Assembly: GCA_965223845.1 (NCBI GenBank) | Contig: CBDCXR010000004.1 | Coordinates: forward strand, 5,324,295-5,388,294 | Reading direction: 5' to 3' | Source of the DNA: Planctomycetota bacterium | GTDB lineage: Bacteria > Planctomycetota > UBA8108 > SXIK01 | DNA length: 64,000 nt | Shown: positions 47,780 through 59,886 of the stretch, in pieces | Numbering within the stretch: the stretch's first letter is position 1 | Layout of the letters: the number at the start of each line of letters is the position of its first letter | Notes under the pieces: generated by a model | The model's database searches: none | The model's input: the letters and a program-made list of their open reading frames with translations, nothing else | What the model was told of the DNA's origin: nothing | Translations under genes and position numbers: made by a program

Positions 47780-50700
47780 TCATTCCGTAGCGTCGGCTCT
47801 CTCCACTTCGATCGCAGAGATGCGCGGGTTTTCCGTGAGCGCAATGAGCGTCACATCGAGAAACCCATCGCTCACCTCGACCGTCACAGAGTGCGTGTCC
47901 GCGATCGCGAACCCCTTGCTTGCGAAGGTGTCGTAGCCGGTGAGGACTTCGTTTCCCTCGAGCGCAACGGAGAATACCCTCGCTTTCGCACGAGCGAAAT
48001 AGGATTCAACGAAGTGCAGCCGAACCGTGTAGCGCCCCGGGACGAGCGGGATCTTGTACCCGGCGCGCGCATCGTACCGCGACCAAAAGAACCGCCCTTC
48101 GGAGAAGACTGAATCCTCGTCCGTTCCCTCGATGTCCGTCGGAAGCCAGCGCCCCGCACGCGCTTCGGAAATGTCCCCGCCGAGAAAGAATCGATCGCGC
48201 GCCCAGTCGCGACCGGCGAAGGTCTCGGCGACGCCGCCGCAGTTGATTCGAAGCACCTCGCCGCGCTCGATCGTCTCGAGCGCCCAGCGCAGTTCGTCGA
48301 CGTATCGCGGGGGCGACGCTCCGGACGAAGCGGGCGGAAGAGCCGCGAGGATCTGTGTGGCGTTGCGGTTTCGCTCAGTCGAGAGGCGAAACCACTCGTC
48401 CCAGATAGAGCGCGCGAGTGCGTCCTCGGCGCGCGCGAGCTCGCGCAGCTCGGGGACGGCCACGGCGGGCGAGAACGCTCGAACGATCGACTCGGCGAGA
48501 CGGAGGCGCGGGAGCGGAGCATCCGGCTCCGCCTCGACAAGGTCGCGAAGGAGCGGCACGGCCTCGCGGTCCTTCCCTTTAAGCTGGAGAAACCGGGCGG
48601 CGAAATACTCGGCGAGACGGATCTTGTCCGGCTCTTCCGAAGCGCGCAGATCGGCGCCGATTCCGCGCGCCATCTCCACTCGACGTTCAGAGCCGTAAGC
48701 AACCTCTACGACCGGAATGAGCGTGAGATCTGAGCTCGCACGCCTCGAGTTGAACGCTTGAATCGCGAGGACATGCTCCCCGCGAGACAGCTTCGTTGCG
48801 GGGACCTTCACGACGACGCGCTCGGTGGATGCGAGGGATCGAGACGCGGTCCCGTCGAAGGGCTGGGGTCCGGTCTGCGTCTCCCCGAGGCCGTAACGCC
48901 CGATCTCCTCGCCGTCGAGGTAGGCGATGAAGCCATCGTCGATCGACACCACGAGACGCAGCGCCTCAGCATCCTCCGCCGGATTCCACGCGAACTTCTT
49001 GCGGACGTAGACCGTCGTGTAGCGACCGCGCATTCGCGTGAGTCGCGTCGCATCATCTCTCCCGCCGTACCCGAAGCCACTGGGCCCGAGCGGCCACTCG
49101 CTGTCGTCGAAGTCCGCGCGCGCCCATTCGAGACCGTTCGACGGTTCGCGCTCGCCGCGAAAGTAGCGCCACGAATCCCCTTCGGCGACGAGGAGCTCGG
49201 CATCCTCGAGGTAGGCATCCGCGGACGAATACGAGCGAGGAACTGCGCCGAGACGGCGCCGGAGGCGGGCGAGCTCACTGGCGCCGATCCGCGATGACGC
49301 CGGAAACTTCTCCGCGTACTCGAGGGTAGCGAGAGCTTCGAGATCGCGCCCCTCGGCCTGAGCTTTCTTCGCCGACGCGAGCGCCCAGACATCCCGGACG
49401 AAGGGACTGAGAAGACGGTCCGAAGAGTTCAACAGCGCGGCGTAGAGCTCGACGAACGCATCGAGATACTGCCCGAGGGTCTCGACGTCTTGAAAGCGCA
49501 GCGCCGGAGCGAGACGGACGTGAAAGTACGAGTGGCCCGGGATCAACCACGCGCCGTGAGCGTAGGCATCGATCGCAGCTCCGTACCGCTCGGTCTGCAT
49601 GAGGTAGCTTCCGAGATGATGCCAGGCGTGGATGCTCTTCGGAATCCGAGCGGCGGAACAATAGAGATACCGGAGGAGTTCCTCGTCCGGGACCCCCGGC
49701 GCCCGGGAGAAGAACCCGGCGAGGAACGGATACAGCCACCACTCGTTCGGCCGAATGTTGAGCGCCCGGCGAAGGATTCGCTCGCCGACATCGAACGCGC
49801 GAAGCCCGAAGGAGATGTAAACGAGCGCTTCGAGCTCGGCGCCGGTCGGGGGTGGACCGGCGAACGCCTCATCGACGAGCGCCCGAAACGCTTCGGTATC
49901 TTGAGCGACAAGAGCCTCACGCGCGCGCGACCGGATCGAGTTCGTGTCGACGACGCTGACGAGACGAAAGAGCGATTCCCAGTCCGCCCCGTTGACTCGC
50001 CAGCGCACGCGAAGCCAAGCGTTGAGAGCGCGAGCGACCTCGTCGCGGCAGCCGTTCTCCGTGGCGGCGCGCGCGAGCTCCGCGGGCGCCATCGTCGTGA
50101 CGTCGCGCCCGAAGTAACCTCGAAAGAGCGAGTAGAACGTGTACTCTTGCGTTGCTGCGGTTTGATACGCCGCCGACTGAGTCGCTTCGTGGAGCCGGCC
50201 GACGAACTCCGCGGTTCGCTGCTCGGCCTGGATCCGCTGCTCGATCTCGTCGGCTTGCGCGAGAAGATCCGGCGCGTCCACCGCGAGATCGCGAGCCCGG
50301 CTGACGCAATGCGCCGCCTCTTTCCAGTCGGCTGAGCCGGGTATCGCGCTGAGACGCGCGCGCTCGCAGTGAGTTCTCGCCTGGCCGATGACCGATTGAA
50401 ACCGCGTGCGGATCTGATCGATTTCGTCCTGTCGCTCCTTCTCGATCCAGACGTAACCTCCCGCCCCGAGCGCGATCGCAATGGTCGCCACCGCCGCAAG
50501 CGCGACCGTGAGCGCACGAGCCTTGCGTTCGCTGCGGGCGCGGACGCGCGACTCTGCCGCTTCGATGGCGAGGCGCTGTGCACGCTCATCGAGCGAATCT
50601 AGATACGTTCGCATCTGACGAGCGACGGCACCGGCGGTCGGGGGGCGCTCGCGCGGCTCGATCGCGAGGCAGGCCCGCGCGAGGGCGCGAACTTCCGGGT

Positions 50701-51706
50701 CGGCACCACACTCGTCGATCCGGGCGAGCGCGGCGTTCAATTCACCGCGGAGCGCGCGTCCGTGAACTTCGGCCGCGGTCTCGCCCTCGTAGGGCGGTGA
50801 ACCGGTCAGAATCTCGCAGAGAATCGCTCCGAGCCCGAACACGTCGGAGCGCTCGTCGAGCAAATCGATCTCCCCGCGAGCCTGCTCGGGTGACATGTAC
50901 GCGGGCGTACCGAGCACGCTCCCGGCGAGAGACTCCGAACCGGCGGCGCTCGATCGCGCGGTCGAGATGATGCTCAGATCCTTCGGTTTTCCGGCGCGGC
51001 GATCGTCCGCCTCTCCCCCGCGCGCGAGGACCTTCGCGAGGCCCCAGTCCATCACCTGCACCTCGCCGAACGGCCCGACCATGATGTTCGACGGCTTGAG
51101 ATCCCGATGAATCACGCCGCGCGCGTGCGCGTAGGCAAGCGGCTGACAGATCTGCTCGAAGACGCTGAGAAAGCGCGGACGCTCGCAAGCGGGACTCTCG
51201 CGCTCGTCGAGAAGGCGAGAGAGCGTCTGCCCCTTGACGAGCTTCATTGCGAAAAAAGGTCGATCGCCGCCGACGAGTCCCATCTCGTGCACCGGAACGA
51301 TGCCGGGATGCTGAAGCTGCCCTCCGATCTGAGCTTCCTCGACGAAGCGGCGGACGACCTCCGGGCGCTCGTGGTGGCTTCCGAGGAGGACCTTGATGGC
51401 GATGTCGCGACCGAGGTCGACATCGCGCGCTTTGAAAACGGCGCCGACGCCGCCGCGACCGATTTCGCCATCGATCTGATACCGGCCGATCTCTCGGGGA
51501 AGCTCCGGTTCGTCCGTCGCACCGAGGGGACGGTGCACGGGCGCTCCGTCTTCTTCGATCTCGCGGAGATGAACGCGCGAGGTCGCGATCGTCTGCTCGA
51601 TCACGGTGGGCGCGGGACGACTCGTGCGAGACGACCCACCGCGCTCCGAGGCATCACCCGGTTCTGGCTCGTCGACCGGAAGGGTCTCGTCGGGGGTTCC
51701 ACTCAC
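47780..51706 (-). CDS. Hanks-type serine/threonine protein kinase with a TM segment, TPR-like region and C-terminal malectin-like domain
   Basis: Kinase subdomains are present: [13 protein letters not shown]...[22 protein letters not shown] and [10 protein letters not shown]. The C-terminal segment [22 protein letters not shown] is malectin-like. Confidence 0.8.
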   Translation of the reverse strand: MSGTPDETLPVDEPEPGDASERGGSSRTSRPAPTVIEQTIATSRVHLREIEEDGAPVHRPLGATDEPELPREIGRYQIDGEIGRGGVGAVFKARDVDLGRDIAIKVLLGSHHERPEVVRRFVEEAQIGGQLQHPGIVPVHEMGLVGGDRPFFAMKLVKGQTLSRLLDERESPACERPRFLSVFEQICQPLAYAHARGVIHRDLKPSNIMVGPFGEVQVMDWGLAKVLARGGEADDRRAGKPKDLSIISTARSSAAGSESLAGSVLGTPAYMSPEQARGEIDLLDERSDVFGLGAILCEILTGSPPYEGETAAEVHGRALRGELNAALARIDECGADPEVRALARACLAIEPRERPPTAGAVARQMRTYLDSLDERAQRLAIEAAESRVRARSERKARALTVALAAVATIAIALGAGGYVWIEKERQDEIDQIRTRFQSVIGQARTHCERARLSAIPGSADWKEAAHCVSRARDLAVDAPDLLAQADEIEQRIQAEQRTAEFVGRLHEATQSAAYQTAATQEYTFYSLFRGYFGRDVTTMAPAELARAATENGCRDEVARALNAWLRVRWRVNGADWESLFRLVSVVDTNSIRSRAREALVAQDTEAFRALVDEAFAGPPPTGAELEALVYISFGLRAFDVGERILRRALNIRPNEWWLYPFLAGFFSRAPGVPDEELLRYLYCSAARIPKSIHAWHHLGSYLMQTERYGAAIDAYAHGAWLIPGHSYFHVRLAPALRFQDVETLGQYLDAFVELYAALLNSSDRLLSPFVRDVWALASAKKAQAEGRDLEALATLEYAEKFPASSRIGASELARLRRRLGAVPRSYSSADAYLEDAELLVAEGDSWRYFRGEREPSNGLEWARADFDDSEWPLGPSGFGYGGRDDATRLTRMRGRYTTVYVRKKFAWNPAEDAEALRLVVSIDDGFIAYLDGEEIGRYGLGETQTGPQPFDGTASRSLASTERVVVKVPATKLSRGEHVLAIQAFNSRRASSDLTLIPVVEVAYGSERRVEMARGIGADLRASEEPDKIRLAEYFAARFLQLKGKDREAVPLLRDLVEAEPDAPLPRLRLAESIVRAFSPAVAVPELRELARAEDALARSIWDEWFRLSTERNRNATQILAALPPASSGASPPRYVDELRWALETIERGEVLRINCGGVAETFAGRDWARDRFFLGGDISEARAGRWLPTDIEGTDEDSVFSEGRFFWSRYDARAGYKIPLVPGRYTVRLHFVESYFARAKARVFSVALEGNEVLTGYDTFASKGFAIADTHSVTVEVSDGFLDVTLIALTENPRISAIEVERADATE

Positions 51707-51922
51707 GGGTGATCATCTCCGCGTTGAGGTAGGATCGAGGCGCGGCGGTCGGCGAACCGCGCGTCCGCCGAGGCGCTCACGCACCATCGCCGCGGCGAGC
51801 CCTCGCATCATACCCAACGAAACTGCTCTGAGCGGTGCCGGATCGAGGCTCGCGCTCGAGGAGATTGACGTGGCGGCGCTCGGTGCGCATCTTGCGCGTG
51901 CGGAACGTCCGGAGGAGATCAT

Positions 51923-52615
51923 TTGGATGTACTGATTCTCGGAGGCATTTGGTACGCCGTGTTCGTCGCGTCGGCGGTGGCGCACGAAGTCGCTCACGGT
52001 TTGGTCGCGCTCAAGCTCGGCGACCCGACGGCGCAGCGGGAAGGTCTCCTCACTCTCAACCCGGCCCCGCACATCCGGCGGGAATCGACCGGGATGGTCG
52101 TGGTTCCGATCGTCTCGTTTTGGCTCACGAGCTACTCGTTCATGCTCGGATGGGCGAGTGTTCCGATCGATCCTGTCTGGGCCCGCGACCATCATCGGCG
52201 GGCCGCGCTGACGGCGCTCGCCGGGCCGCTCGCGAACCTCGCTCTCGTCGTCGTCGCCGCGCTCGCCATTCGCGCGGGCATCGCCGCGGGGATCTTCGGA
52301 GAGTCCGGCGGACGCAGCTTCGATGGCGTCGCGAGAGCGCTCGATCCGGGCTGGACGCGTTGGCTCGCGCTGGGGCTCAGCATTCTCTTCAGCCTCAATC
52401 TCCTTCTCTGCGCGTTCAATTTGCTTCCGGTCCCGCCGCTCGATGGCAGTACGGTGATTCTCTTCCTCCTACCGAAGCCCGTCGCGGGAACGCTCCAGGG
52501 TCTGATGCGGCTCCCCTTGGTCGACATCATCGGGATGATCGCGGCGTTCTTCCTCGTGCGAGATTATTTCGCGAGCTGGGTATTCCATCCGGCGTTTCGC
52601 CTCCTCTACCCCTAG
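51923..52615 (+). CDS. Site-2 protease family (peptidase M50) membrane metalloprotease
   Basis: The HEVAHG (HExxH) motif and FNLLPVPPLDG are present. Confidence 0.75.
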   Translation: MDVLILGGIWYAVFVASAVAHEVAHGLVALKLGDPTAQREGLLTLNPAPHIRRESTGMVVVPIVSFWLTSYSFMLGWASVPIDPVWARDHHRRAALTALAGPLANLALVVVAALAIRAGIAAGIFGESGGRSFDGVARALDPGWTRWLALGLSILFSLNLLLCAFNLLPVPPLDGSTVILFLLPKPVAGTLQGLMRLPLVDIIGMIAAFFLVRDYFASWVFHPAFRLLYP

Positions 52616-52634
52616 TCGATGTCGAGCCCGATTC

Positions 52635-53102
52635 ATGAAGCGCTACTGGCTGATCAAGAGTGAACCCGACGCATTCTCCATCGATGACCTCGAGAAGAAG
52701 GGCAGTACGAGCTGGGATGGCGTACGAAACTACCAGGCGCGGAACTTCATGCGAGACGACATGAAGCTGGGCGATCTTGCGCTCTTCTACCACTCGAGCA
52801 CGAAGCCGCCGGGGATCGTGGGTGTCGCCCGCGTTTCGCGGGAGTCCTACCCCGATCACACGCAGTTCGACAAGAAGAGCAAGTACTACGACCCGAAAGC
52901 GAAGCGAGACGATCCGACGTGGTACATGGTCGACTTCGAATTCGTCGAGAGATTTGAGCGCGTCTTCACACTCGACGACTTGAAGGCGACCGAAGAACTC
53001 GAGGGGATGCTCGTCACGCGGCGCGGGCAGAGACTCTCGATACAACCGGTCGAGCCCGAGCACTTTCGGGCGGCGCGCAAGCTAGCCCGAGCGGCGCGGT
53101 AG
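52635..53102 (+). CDS. EVE domain (PUA-like) protein
   Basis: The segment [16 protein letters not shown]...[14 protein letters not shown] is typical of the EVE family. Confidence 0.75.
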   Translation: MKRYWLIKSEPDAFSIDDLEKKGSTSWDGVRNYQARNFMRDDMKLGDLALFYHSSTKPPGIVGVARVSRESYPDHTQFDKKSKYYDPKAKRDDPTWYMVDFEFVERFERVFTLDDLKATEELEGMLVTRRGQRLSIQPVEPEHFRAARKLARAAR

Positions 53103-53319
53103 AGGCGAGCTCGCAGCCTGCATTTCAGACCGAAATCGCGCCGAGTTGCGGGCGCGGAGGACGCCACCGAGTAGCTTCCCTTCGCGCGGGGAATCGGGTA
53201 CGCTCCCTGGTTCCTTCTATCGGCGAACAGAGAACCAAACGGCGACCTCTCCCAGCGGCGCGGCTCGGTGTCGGGCGCGTGCGCATCCGGTCGTAGAGGC
53301 CCGACAATGGAGATCCTTC

Positions 53320-54357
53320 ATGCCCCTCGTACCCATGCGTCAGTTGCTCGATCACGCGGCCGAAAACGACTACGGCCTCGCGGCGTTCAACGTCAATAAC
53401 ATGGAGCAAATCCAGGCGATCATGGAGGCGGCGGAAGAGACGGACTCCCCGGTGATCGTCCAAGCTTCGCGCGGGGCGCGTTCGTACTCGCAGGACGAGT
53501 ACCTGCGCCATCTGATGCTCGCCGCGGCCGCGCTCTACCCGCGGATTCCGATCGCGATGCACCAGGATCACGGGAACAGCCCCGCGACGTGCAAGAGCGC
53601 GATCGAAATGGGGTTCACGTCCGTGATGATGGACGGTTCGCTGGAGGAAGACGGAAAGACCCCGGCAGATTTCTCCTACAACGCGAACGTCACGCGGGAA
53701 GTCGTCGAAGCGGCGCATCGAGTGGGCGTCACCGTCGAGGGAGAACTCGGCTGTCTCGGTTCGCTCGAGACGGGGATGGGCGACAAGGAAGACGGTCATG
53801 GAGCGGAAGGTCAGCTCTCGGAAGACCAGCTGCTCACGGATCCGGCTGAAGCCGAAGACTTCGTCGCCAAGACCGGCGTCGACGCGCTCGCGGTCGCGAT
53901 CGGAACGAGCCACGGCGCGTACAAGTTTACGCGCGAGCCGGACGGCGAAATCCTCGCGATGGAGCGGATCCGTGAAATTCACCGTCGACTTCCGAACTGC
54001 CACCTCGTGATGCACGGTTCGTCGTCCGTGCCGCAGGAGCTCCAGGACATCATCAACGAGTACGGCGGAGAGATCCGTCAGACCTGGGGTGTCCCGGTGA
54101 AGGAGATTCAGGAAGGGATCCGTCACGGAGTGCGCAAGGTGAACGTCGACACCGACAACCGTCTGGCGATGACGGGCGCCGTGCGCAAGGTGCTCCACGA
54201 AAGCCCGGAGAAGTTCGACCCGCGCGACTGGCTGAAGCCCGCGCGCGCGGCGATGCGGCAGGTGTGTGTCGACCGCATGGTGGCGTTCGGTCAGGCCGGG
54301 AACGCGAGCAAGATCAAGCCGATCAGCCTCGAGGAAATGGCGAAGCGTTACGGCTAG
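53320..54357 (+). CDS. fba: Class II fructose-bisphosphate aldolase
   Basis: The segments [30 protein letters not shown] and AMHQDHG are present. Start at the internal [12 protein letters not shown]. Confidence 0.85.
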   Translation: MPLVPMRQLLDHAAENDYGLAAFNVNNMEQIQAIMEAAEETDSPVIVQASRGARSYSQDEYLRHLMLAAAALYPRIPIAMHQDHGNSPATCKSAIEMGFTSVMMDGSLEEDGKTPADFSYNANVTREVVEAAHRVGVTVEGELGCLGSLETGMGDKEDGHGAEGQLSEDQLLTDPAEAEDFVAKTGVDALAVAIGTSHGAYKFTREPDGEILAMERIREIHRRLPNCHLVMHGSSSVPQELQDIINEYGGEIRQTWGVPVKEIQEGIRHGVRKVNVDTDNRLAMTGAVRKVLHESPEKFDPRDWLKPARAAMRQVCVDRMVAFGQAGNASKIKPISLEEMAKRYG

Positions 54358-54573
54358 AAGCTGCGGGAGCCTGCGCAAGAAGTTGGATTCGGCCAGAAAA
54401 CGGTCTGCCCCTACGGCCTCTTCGTCGCGAATCCTCGACGGTTCCTCCGGGATCGCGTGCGCTTCGCTTCGCGATTCCGACCGCGATGGTTCGTGTTCCG
54501 GCCTCGGATCGATTCTTGCGCCGGCTTCTAGCTCGCTACCCGTCGTCCGAAGCGCGACGATCTCGGGCGGCAG

Positions 54574-55182
54574 ATGACTGAGCTCCGATCTTGCGTCAAG
54601 CTTCTCGGAGCGTGGGTCATCGCGGCGTGGGTCGTCGAGGCGATCGACGTGATCGTGCTCGGCCGGGCTCTCGATGCGTTCGGCATCCGTCCCTTAGACC
54701 CTTGGGGCCTCGTCGGGATACCGCTGTCGCCGCTCCTCCATAACGGATTCGGGCACCTGGGTGCCAACACGGTGCCGTTCGCCGTTCTCGGGGGGCTGGT
54801 TCTCTTTGGACCGCACGGCGATTTTCTCCGCGCGAGCCTCACGATCATCTTGATCGGCGGCCTCGGGGTCTGGGTCGTGGGCGATCTCTTCGGCCCCGGC
54901 AACACGGTCCATATCGGAGCGAGTGGGCTCATCTTCGGATACTTCGGATTCCTTCTCGCACGTGGGTTCTACGCGCGAACGTTCAAGGCGGCGCTGATCG
55001 CGGTCGGAGTCGCCGTAATCTACGGCGGACTCGTCTTCGGCGTTCTTCCCGGACAGGATGGCGTCTCGTGGCAGGCCCACCTGTGCGGGTTCCTCGCGGG
55101 GATTCTGGCGGCGCGCCGCCTGAGCGTGCCGGGTCGAAAGACGCGGGAGACCCTCGTGCGCGGACCACGCCCTCGCACCTAG
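54574..55182 (+). CDS. Rhomboid family intramembrane serine protease
   Basis: The GASGLIFG (GxSG) motif is present. A downstream TM His is in QAHLCGFLAG. Confidence 0.7.
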   Translation: MTELRSCVKLLGAWVIAAWVVEAIDVIVLGRALDAFGIRPLDPWGLVGIPLSPLLHNGFGHLGANTVPFAVLGGLVLFGPHGDFLRASLTIILIGGLGVWVVGDLFGPGNTVHIGASGLIFGYFGFLLARGFYARTFKAALIAVGVAVIYGGLVFGVLPGQDGVSWQAHLCGFLAGILAARRLSVPGRKTRETLVRGPRPRT

Positions 55183-55351
55183 GGCACGCGCCGCGTCGAG
55201 CCCGAATCGCGACGCGTTTGCCGAGGCCAACATTCGGCTTAAGCGGACGGTGTGCACGGGGCGCCAAGATTAGAGCCGCGTTAGAGTCGCTCGTCCCGAT
55301 CGAGCCGCTCCGGCGTGCTATACTCGCCCTTGGTCCAAAAAGGGCGCCGTC

Positions 55352-56035
55352 ATGCGAATTCTAGTCGTCGAAGATGATCGTGAACTCGCCTCGATCTTGC
55401 AGCGAGCTCTCACCGAGCAGCTCTATGCGGTCGAGACCGCGTACGACGGCGAGACCGCGCGCCATCTCGCCCTCAGCGAGAACTACGATACGATCCTCCT
55501 CGACCTCATGATTCCGCGCGTCGACGGGGTCGGAGTGTGCTACGCGCTCCGCGAAGCCGGCAAACACACCCCGGTGATCATGCTGACGGCGCGCGACGGC
55601 GTGGAAGATCGCGTGCAGGGACTCGACGCCGGCGCGGACGACTACGTCGTGAAGCCGTTCGCGATGGATGAGCTCCTCGCGCGCGTCCGCGCGCAACTTC
55701 GCCGCACGACGAATCAAACGGAGAACGTCCTCAAGGTCGGTAGGCTGTCGCTCGATCCACGCTCGACGTGTGTCCAGTACGGCGATCGCTCGATTCCTCT
55801 GACCGCGAAGGAGTTCGCGCTGCTGCAGTTCTTTATGCAGAACCCGGACGCCGTCGTCTCGCGCACGGAGATTCTCGAGCACGTCTGGGACGCGAACTAC
55901 GACGGTTTCGGCAACGTCGTCGACGTGTACGTGAACTACCTCCGGAACAAGCTCGAGAGCGAGGGCGAGCCACGCATCATCCTCACGGTGCGCGGACGCG
56001 GGTATCTGCTGAAGCAGAATCATGAAGTCGCTTAG
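55352..56035 (+). CDS. OmpR-family response regulator
   Basis: The receiver segment is ILVVEDD...LDLMIP. A winged-helix C-terminus is present. Confidence 0.85.
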   Translation: MRILVVEDDRELASILQRALTEQLYAVETAYDGETARHLALSENYDTILLDLMIPRVDGVGVCYALREAGKHTPVIMLTARDGVEDRVQGLDAGADDYVVKPFAMDELLARVRAQLRRTTNQTENVLKVGRLSLDPRSTCVQYGDRSIPLTAKEFALLQFFMQNPDAVVSRTEILEHVWDANYDGFGNVVDVYVNYLRNKLESEGEPRIILTVRGRGYLLKQNHEVA

Positions 56036-57848
56036 CATCACGAAGCGACTGACACTGACCTTCGCCGTCATGACCGCCGCGGTCGTGGTCCCGGCGAGCG
56101 TGGCGCTCTACGTCAGCGTCGCCCGCGCCTACACCGCGGAGAGCATCGAGAAGGTCACCGATCGAGCGAACTCCGTTGCGCGCTCGATTCTCGGGCAATT
56201 GGACGAGGAGATCTTCATCGAGTTCGAGGGTCAACCCGTTCAGTTCCCTCAGCTCCGCGCCGACGCTGAAGACTGGGCGATCGTTCGGGGCGATGGAACG
56301 ATCGTCGAACACTTGAGCGGCGTATTCTCCGACACGATACGGGCGGAGGAACGATCTCCGCTCGAGCCGATCGCCGTGAACGGACGTACCTTTCGGGTGA
56401 CGGCGATCCCACTCGTTCACACCGATCACATTCCGGTCGAAGACCTTCCGCCACTCATCCGATCCGCGGCGGCGGAGTACTATCCCGACGCGAAGTACTT
56501 GACGGCAGTGCGGGCGATCAGCAAGGGGCAGAACATCGTCGAGGTGCTGAAGCTCATCGGAAATCGTGTAGCGGAGATCAAGCTCTTTGAATCCGGGGAT
56601 CTCCGGAACATCGGGAGCGATCGCCTGCCGGACGAGTTCGATCGAGCCTTTCTCCGCTTCGTGCCGCTCCACCGGCGCCCCGTCGCCGATCTCGAGCTGA
56701 CGTGGACGTCGCACGCCGGGCAATTGATCGCGATCGTGAGCGGAACGACCTCGGAGGGAAGGCCGGAGACGTTCGCGATGAATCGACTCGGCGAGTTGTT
56801 CGAGCTGAATGCAAACGGCGAGGTCGAAGGAATCGAGAGCGACTCGCAACTCTTCGTTCTCGCGGCCGTCGACATCGAAGGCGAGCTCGCGCGGAAGCGC
56901 ACTCTCCTCATCGGACTCGCTCTCGGCGGACCACTCGTCTGGCTCGGGCTCGTGATGATCGGCTGGTTCGTCGCTCGGAGAGCGATGTCTCCTGTCGGTG
57001 GAATCGTCGAAGCGACGCGACGGATTCATCTCTCGGACCTCGCCGATCGCGTTCCGGTGGGGAACGCGGACGACGAGCTGTCACGGATCGCCACGACGAT
57101 CAATGAGATGCTGGATCGACTCGAAACCGGATACCGGCGCGAGCGACAGTTCACCGGCGACGCGTCGCACGAGCTGCGGGGCCCGCTCACGAAGATCCAG
57201 GCGGACGCCGAGCTCGCCCTGTCGCGTCCGCGCGGCTCCGAAGAGTACCGTTCGGCGCTCCGGCGAATCGACGGCTATTCGCTGCACATGAAGAGACTGG
57301 TCGAGTCGCTTCTTCTCCTCGCGCGACTCGACGGAAACCAGGAGCGACTGAAAAAGGATCGATTCGACCTCACGGAGTTGATCGTCGAAACCGTGGCAAC
57401 GTTCGCCGACGACGACGCGGCGCGCATCCATCTTTCCTTCGACGGCGAGGATCCGCCGATCGTAGCCGAGGGACAGCGAAGCCTCATCGGTACCGCGCTT
57501 CACAATCTCGTCGACAACGCTCTACGGTACAGCCCGCCGGCGGAGCCCGTAGAGGTCCGAATCCGGCGCGCTGGCTCGCGCGTCGTCATCGAGGTGGAAG
57601 ACCGCGGGCCGGGACTTTCACGCGAGGACGCCGCTCGAGTGTTCGATCGTTTCTTCCGCGTGGACGCCGCGCGGACTCCTCAAGCCGGCGCTCCGAAGGC
57701 GGGCGGCTGCGGCTTGGGTCTGTCGATCGTCAGAGCGATCGCCGGCGCGCACGGAACGCACGTCGACCTCCGCGCAGCAACTCCGAGCGGAACGATCGCA
57801 CGGTTTGAGCTCGCGGCTAAACCCGGAGGAGTTCGAGTGCCGGGATAG
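56022..57848 (+). CDS. Sensor histidine kinase (TM, HAMP, HisKA, HATPase)
   Basis: The H-box is ASHELRGPL. The N/G boxes are [10 protein letters not shown] and [10 protein letters not shown]. It overlaps the response regulator by 14 bp. Confidence 0.8.
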   Translation: MKSLSITKRLTLTFAVMTAAVVVPASVALYVSVARAYTAESIEKVTDRANSVARSILGQLDEEIFIEFEGQPVQFPQLRADAEDWAIVRGDGTIVEHLSGVFSDTIRAEERSPLEPIAVNGRTFRVTAIPLVHTDHIPVEDLPPLIRSAAAEYYPDAKYLTAVRAISKGQNIVEVLKLIGNRVAEIKLFESGDLRNIGSDRLPDEFDRAFLRFVPLHRRPVADLELTWTSHAGQLIAIVSGTTSEGRPETFAMNRLGELFELNANGEVEGIESDSQLFVLAAVDIEGELARKRTLLIGLALGGPLVWLGLVMIGWFVARRAMSPVGGIVEATRRIHLSDLADRVPVGNADDELSRIATTINEMLDRLETGYRRERQFTGDASHELRGPLTKIQADAELALSRPRGSEEYRSALRRIDGYSLHMKRLVESLLLLARLDGNQERLKKDRFDLTELIVETVATFADDDAARIHLSFDGEDPPIVAEGQRSLIGTALHNLVDNALRYSPPAEPVEVRIRRAGSRVVIEVEDRGPGLSREDAARVFDRFFRVDAARTPQAGAPKAGGCGLGLSIVRAIAGAHGTHVDLRAATPSGTIARFELAAKPGGVRVPG

Positions 57849-57871
57849 TCCCCCAGGACTCGAACTAGTGT

Positions 57872-59476
57872 CTAGCCCTCCGTCACGATCACCGTCCCGC
57901 TTCGACGCGGATCTCCCGCCCCCTCGAGCCGCCCGTCCGCCGTTCGCCGCACGGCGTGGACGCCTCCGAAAAAGAGGTTGGGGGAAGTGAACTCCTGCAC
58001 GCGGGCGGCGACTCCGCGGGCCTCAGCGAGCTGCGACGCGGGGTCGTCCAGTGCGTAGGTCTCGGCGCTCAGCACTCCGTTTTCCACGTGGATCCGCGCG
58101 CGCTCTACGCTGTCCGTCAGCGATTCGCCGTCGGCGAGCAAGCGAAGGAGAACTTGGGGAATCACCGTGCGAATACGACTCGATCCCCCGGCACCGAGCG
58201 CGGCGACGCCGCCGCTCGGATCGACCACGATCGTCGGCGCCATCATCGTTCGCAGTCTCTCCCCCGCTCGCTCGCTTCCGAATCCGGCGGGAAACAAGTC
58301 CTCTTCCCCGAGCAGATTGTTCATGAGGATGCCGGTGCCCGGGATCTCGTAACCGTTTCCCTCGCCGTACGTCATCGTCACGGCGGCCGCGTTTCCCGCG
58401 GCATCGACCGCACTCACGTGCGTCGTGTTTCCGGGCGTACGTCGCTCGCGACGGTCGACGGCGCTTTCGCCCGATCGAATTCGGGCGACTCGATCGTTCA
58501 AGCGATCGCGCGCGTCCGCGCGATCGACGAGATCCGGCGTCTCAGCTCGCTCCTCGGAGATCGCTCGAAAAATCTCCGCGATGCGCCGGAGTCGGTTCGC
58601 ACTCTCCGGAATACAGCCCACCACCCCGATTTTTTCGAAGCTCGAAAGTGTCGTCTCCACGAACCATCCGCCGAAGGCTGGAAGCGGTACGGTTGCGATC
58701 CGGGTCCCACAGAAAGAAAACTCGCGAGCGCGCGAGAACCGCGGCGCGTACTCGTCGAGATCGCGAGACGTGATCCTCCCGCCTCCCGCGATTCCGAACG
58801 CGTCGAGGATCGCCGGTGTGATGACGTCCGTTTCGACTGGAGACAAACCGTCGCGGGAGATCCGTTCGAGGAGCCCGGCGAGCGCTCGATTCTGCCAGAG
58901 ATCGCCGACTGCTCGAGGCAGCCCCGGCTGAGCGTCGATGAGATCGCGTCCGAGAGCCGATCGTCGCAAGAACTCGGCGAGAATGGCACTGCACTCGACC
59001 TGAAACGAGCTGAGTCGCACGCCTTCCCGGAGGAACCGAATCGACGGGGCGAGGACGGTCGAGAGCGGAAGCTTCCCCCAGCGCCGCTGCGCCGCCTCGA
59101 GTCCACGCAGGACACCCGGGACCGCTGCTGCACCCCGTCCGATGAAGAACCTCTGCGTGGCTCCTCCGTCACCGAAATGAACATCGAACGGAATCAACTC
59201 GACGCCGCGCCGGCGCGCGGCCTCCTCGCGATCCGCCCCGAGCCCAGGAGCGGTCGAAAAGAAATCGCAAACTCCGACCTCGCCGCTCGTGCCGCATCGG
59301 TGGATGAGCAGGCCTCCACCCGCTAGGCTGACGATCGCCGGATCCCCGGCCGCTGCCGCAAACGCGCCGGCCACGGCGGCGTCCGCCGCGTTCCCGCCGC
59401 GGAGAAACACCTCTCTCCCTGCAGCCGCCGATTGCTCCGAGCCGGCCGCGATCACTCCGATCGCTTCGACGCTCAT
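57872..59476 (-). CDS. ggt: Gamma-glutamyltransferase
   Basis: The nucleophile region is GNTTHVSAVDAAGNAAAVTMT. The protein is 534 aa. Confidence 0.8.
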   Translation of the reverse strand: MSVEAIGVIAAGSEQSAAAGREVFLRGGNAADAAVAGAFAAAAGDPAIVSLAGGGLLIHRCGTSGEVGVCDFFSTAPGLGADREEAARRRGVELIPFDVHFGDGGATQRFFIGRGAAAVPGVLRGLEAAQRRWGKLPLSTVLAPSIRFLREGVRLSSFQVECSAILAEFLRRSALGRDLIDAQPGLPRAVGDLWQNRALAGLLERISRDGLSPVETDVITPAILDAFGIAGGGRITSRDLDEYAPRFSRAREFSFCGTRIATVPLPAFGGWFVETTLSSFEKIGVVGCIPESANRLRRIAEIFRAISEERAETPDLVDRADARDRLNDRVARIRSGESAVDRRERRTPGNTTHVSAVDAAGNAAAVTMTYGEGNGYEIPGTGILMNNLLGEEDLFPAGFGSERAGERLRTMMAPTIVVDPSGGVAALGAGGSSRIRTVIPQVLLRLLADGESLTDSVERARIHVENGVLSAETYALDDPASQLAEARGVAARVQEFTSPNLFFGGVHAVRRTADGRLEGAGDPRRSGTVIVTEG

Positions 59477-59886
59477 CCCGCTTGCCTCTTCTCGACATCG
59501 CGTCCCATCACCGGCTCGCGAGCGTACGCTGATCTGATCCGATCTCTCCGACTGCCAAACGATTCACGCCCATAGCTCGAACCGTGCTCAAACGTTTGCT
59601 GCCGAACCTTGAGCGGATTCCGGTGTCGACGGGGCGGACTCGCACCGAGCGAGAAGCCGAATCGAGGCGCCGCCACACTACCAAAGACCGCGCGCCGCGA
59701 CACGACGATCGCGACGCGCGCTTCGCGGCGGGCCACAGCCGGGGTGTCGCGCCTTCTGCCCTCGGCACCTCGGCCGTGCCCGCCCGCCCACCCCGGGGAA
59801 TCCGCGCGAACGACATCGAATCGGAATACAATGAGTTTCGTTCGTTCTGTCGCGCTCTCGATGCATTGGGAAGCAGGGATACACGT

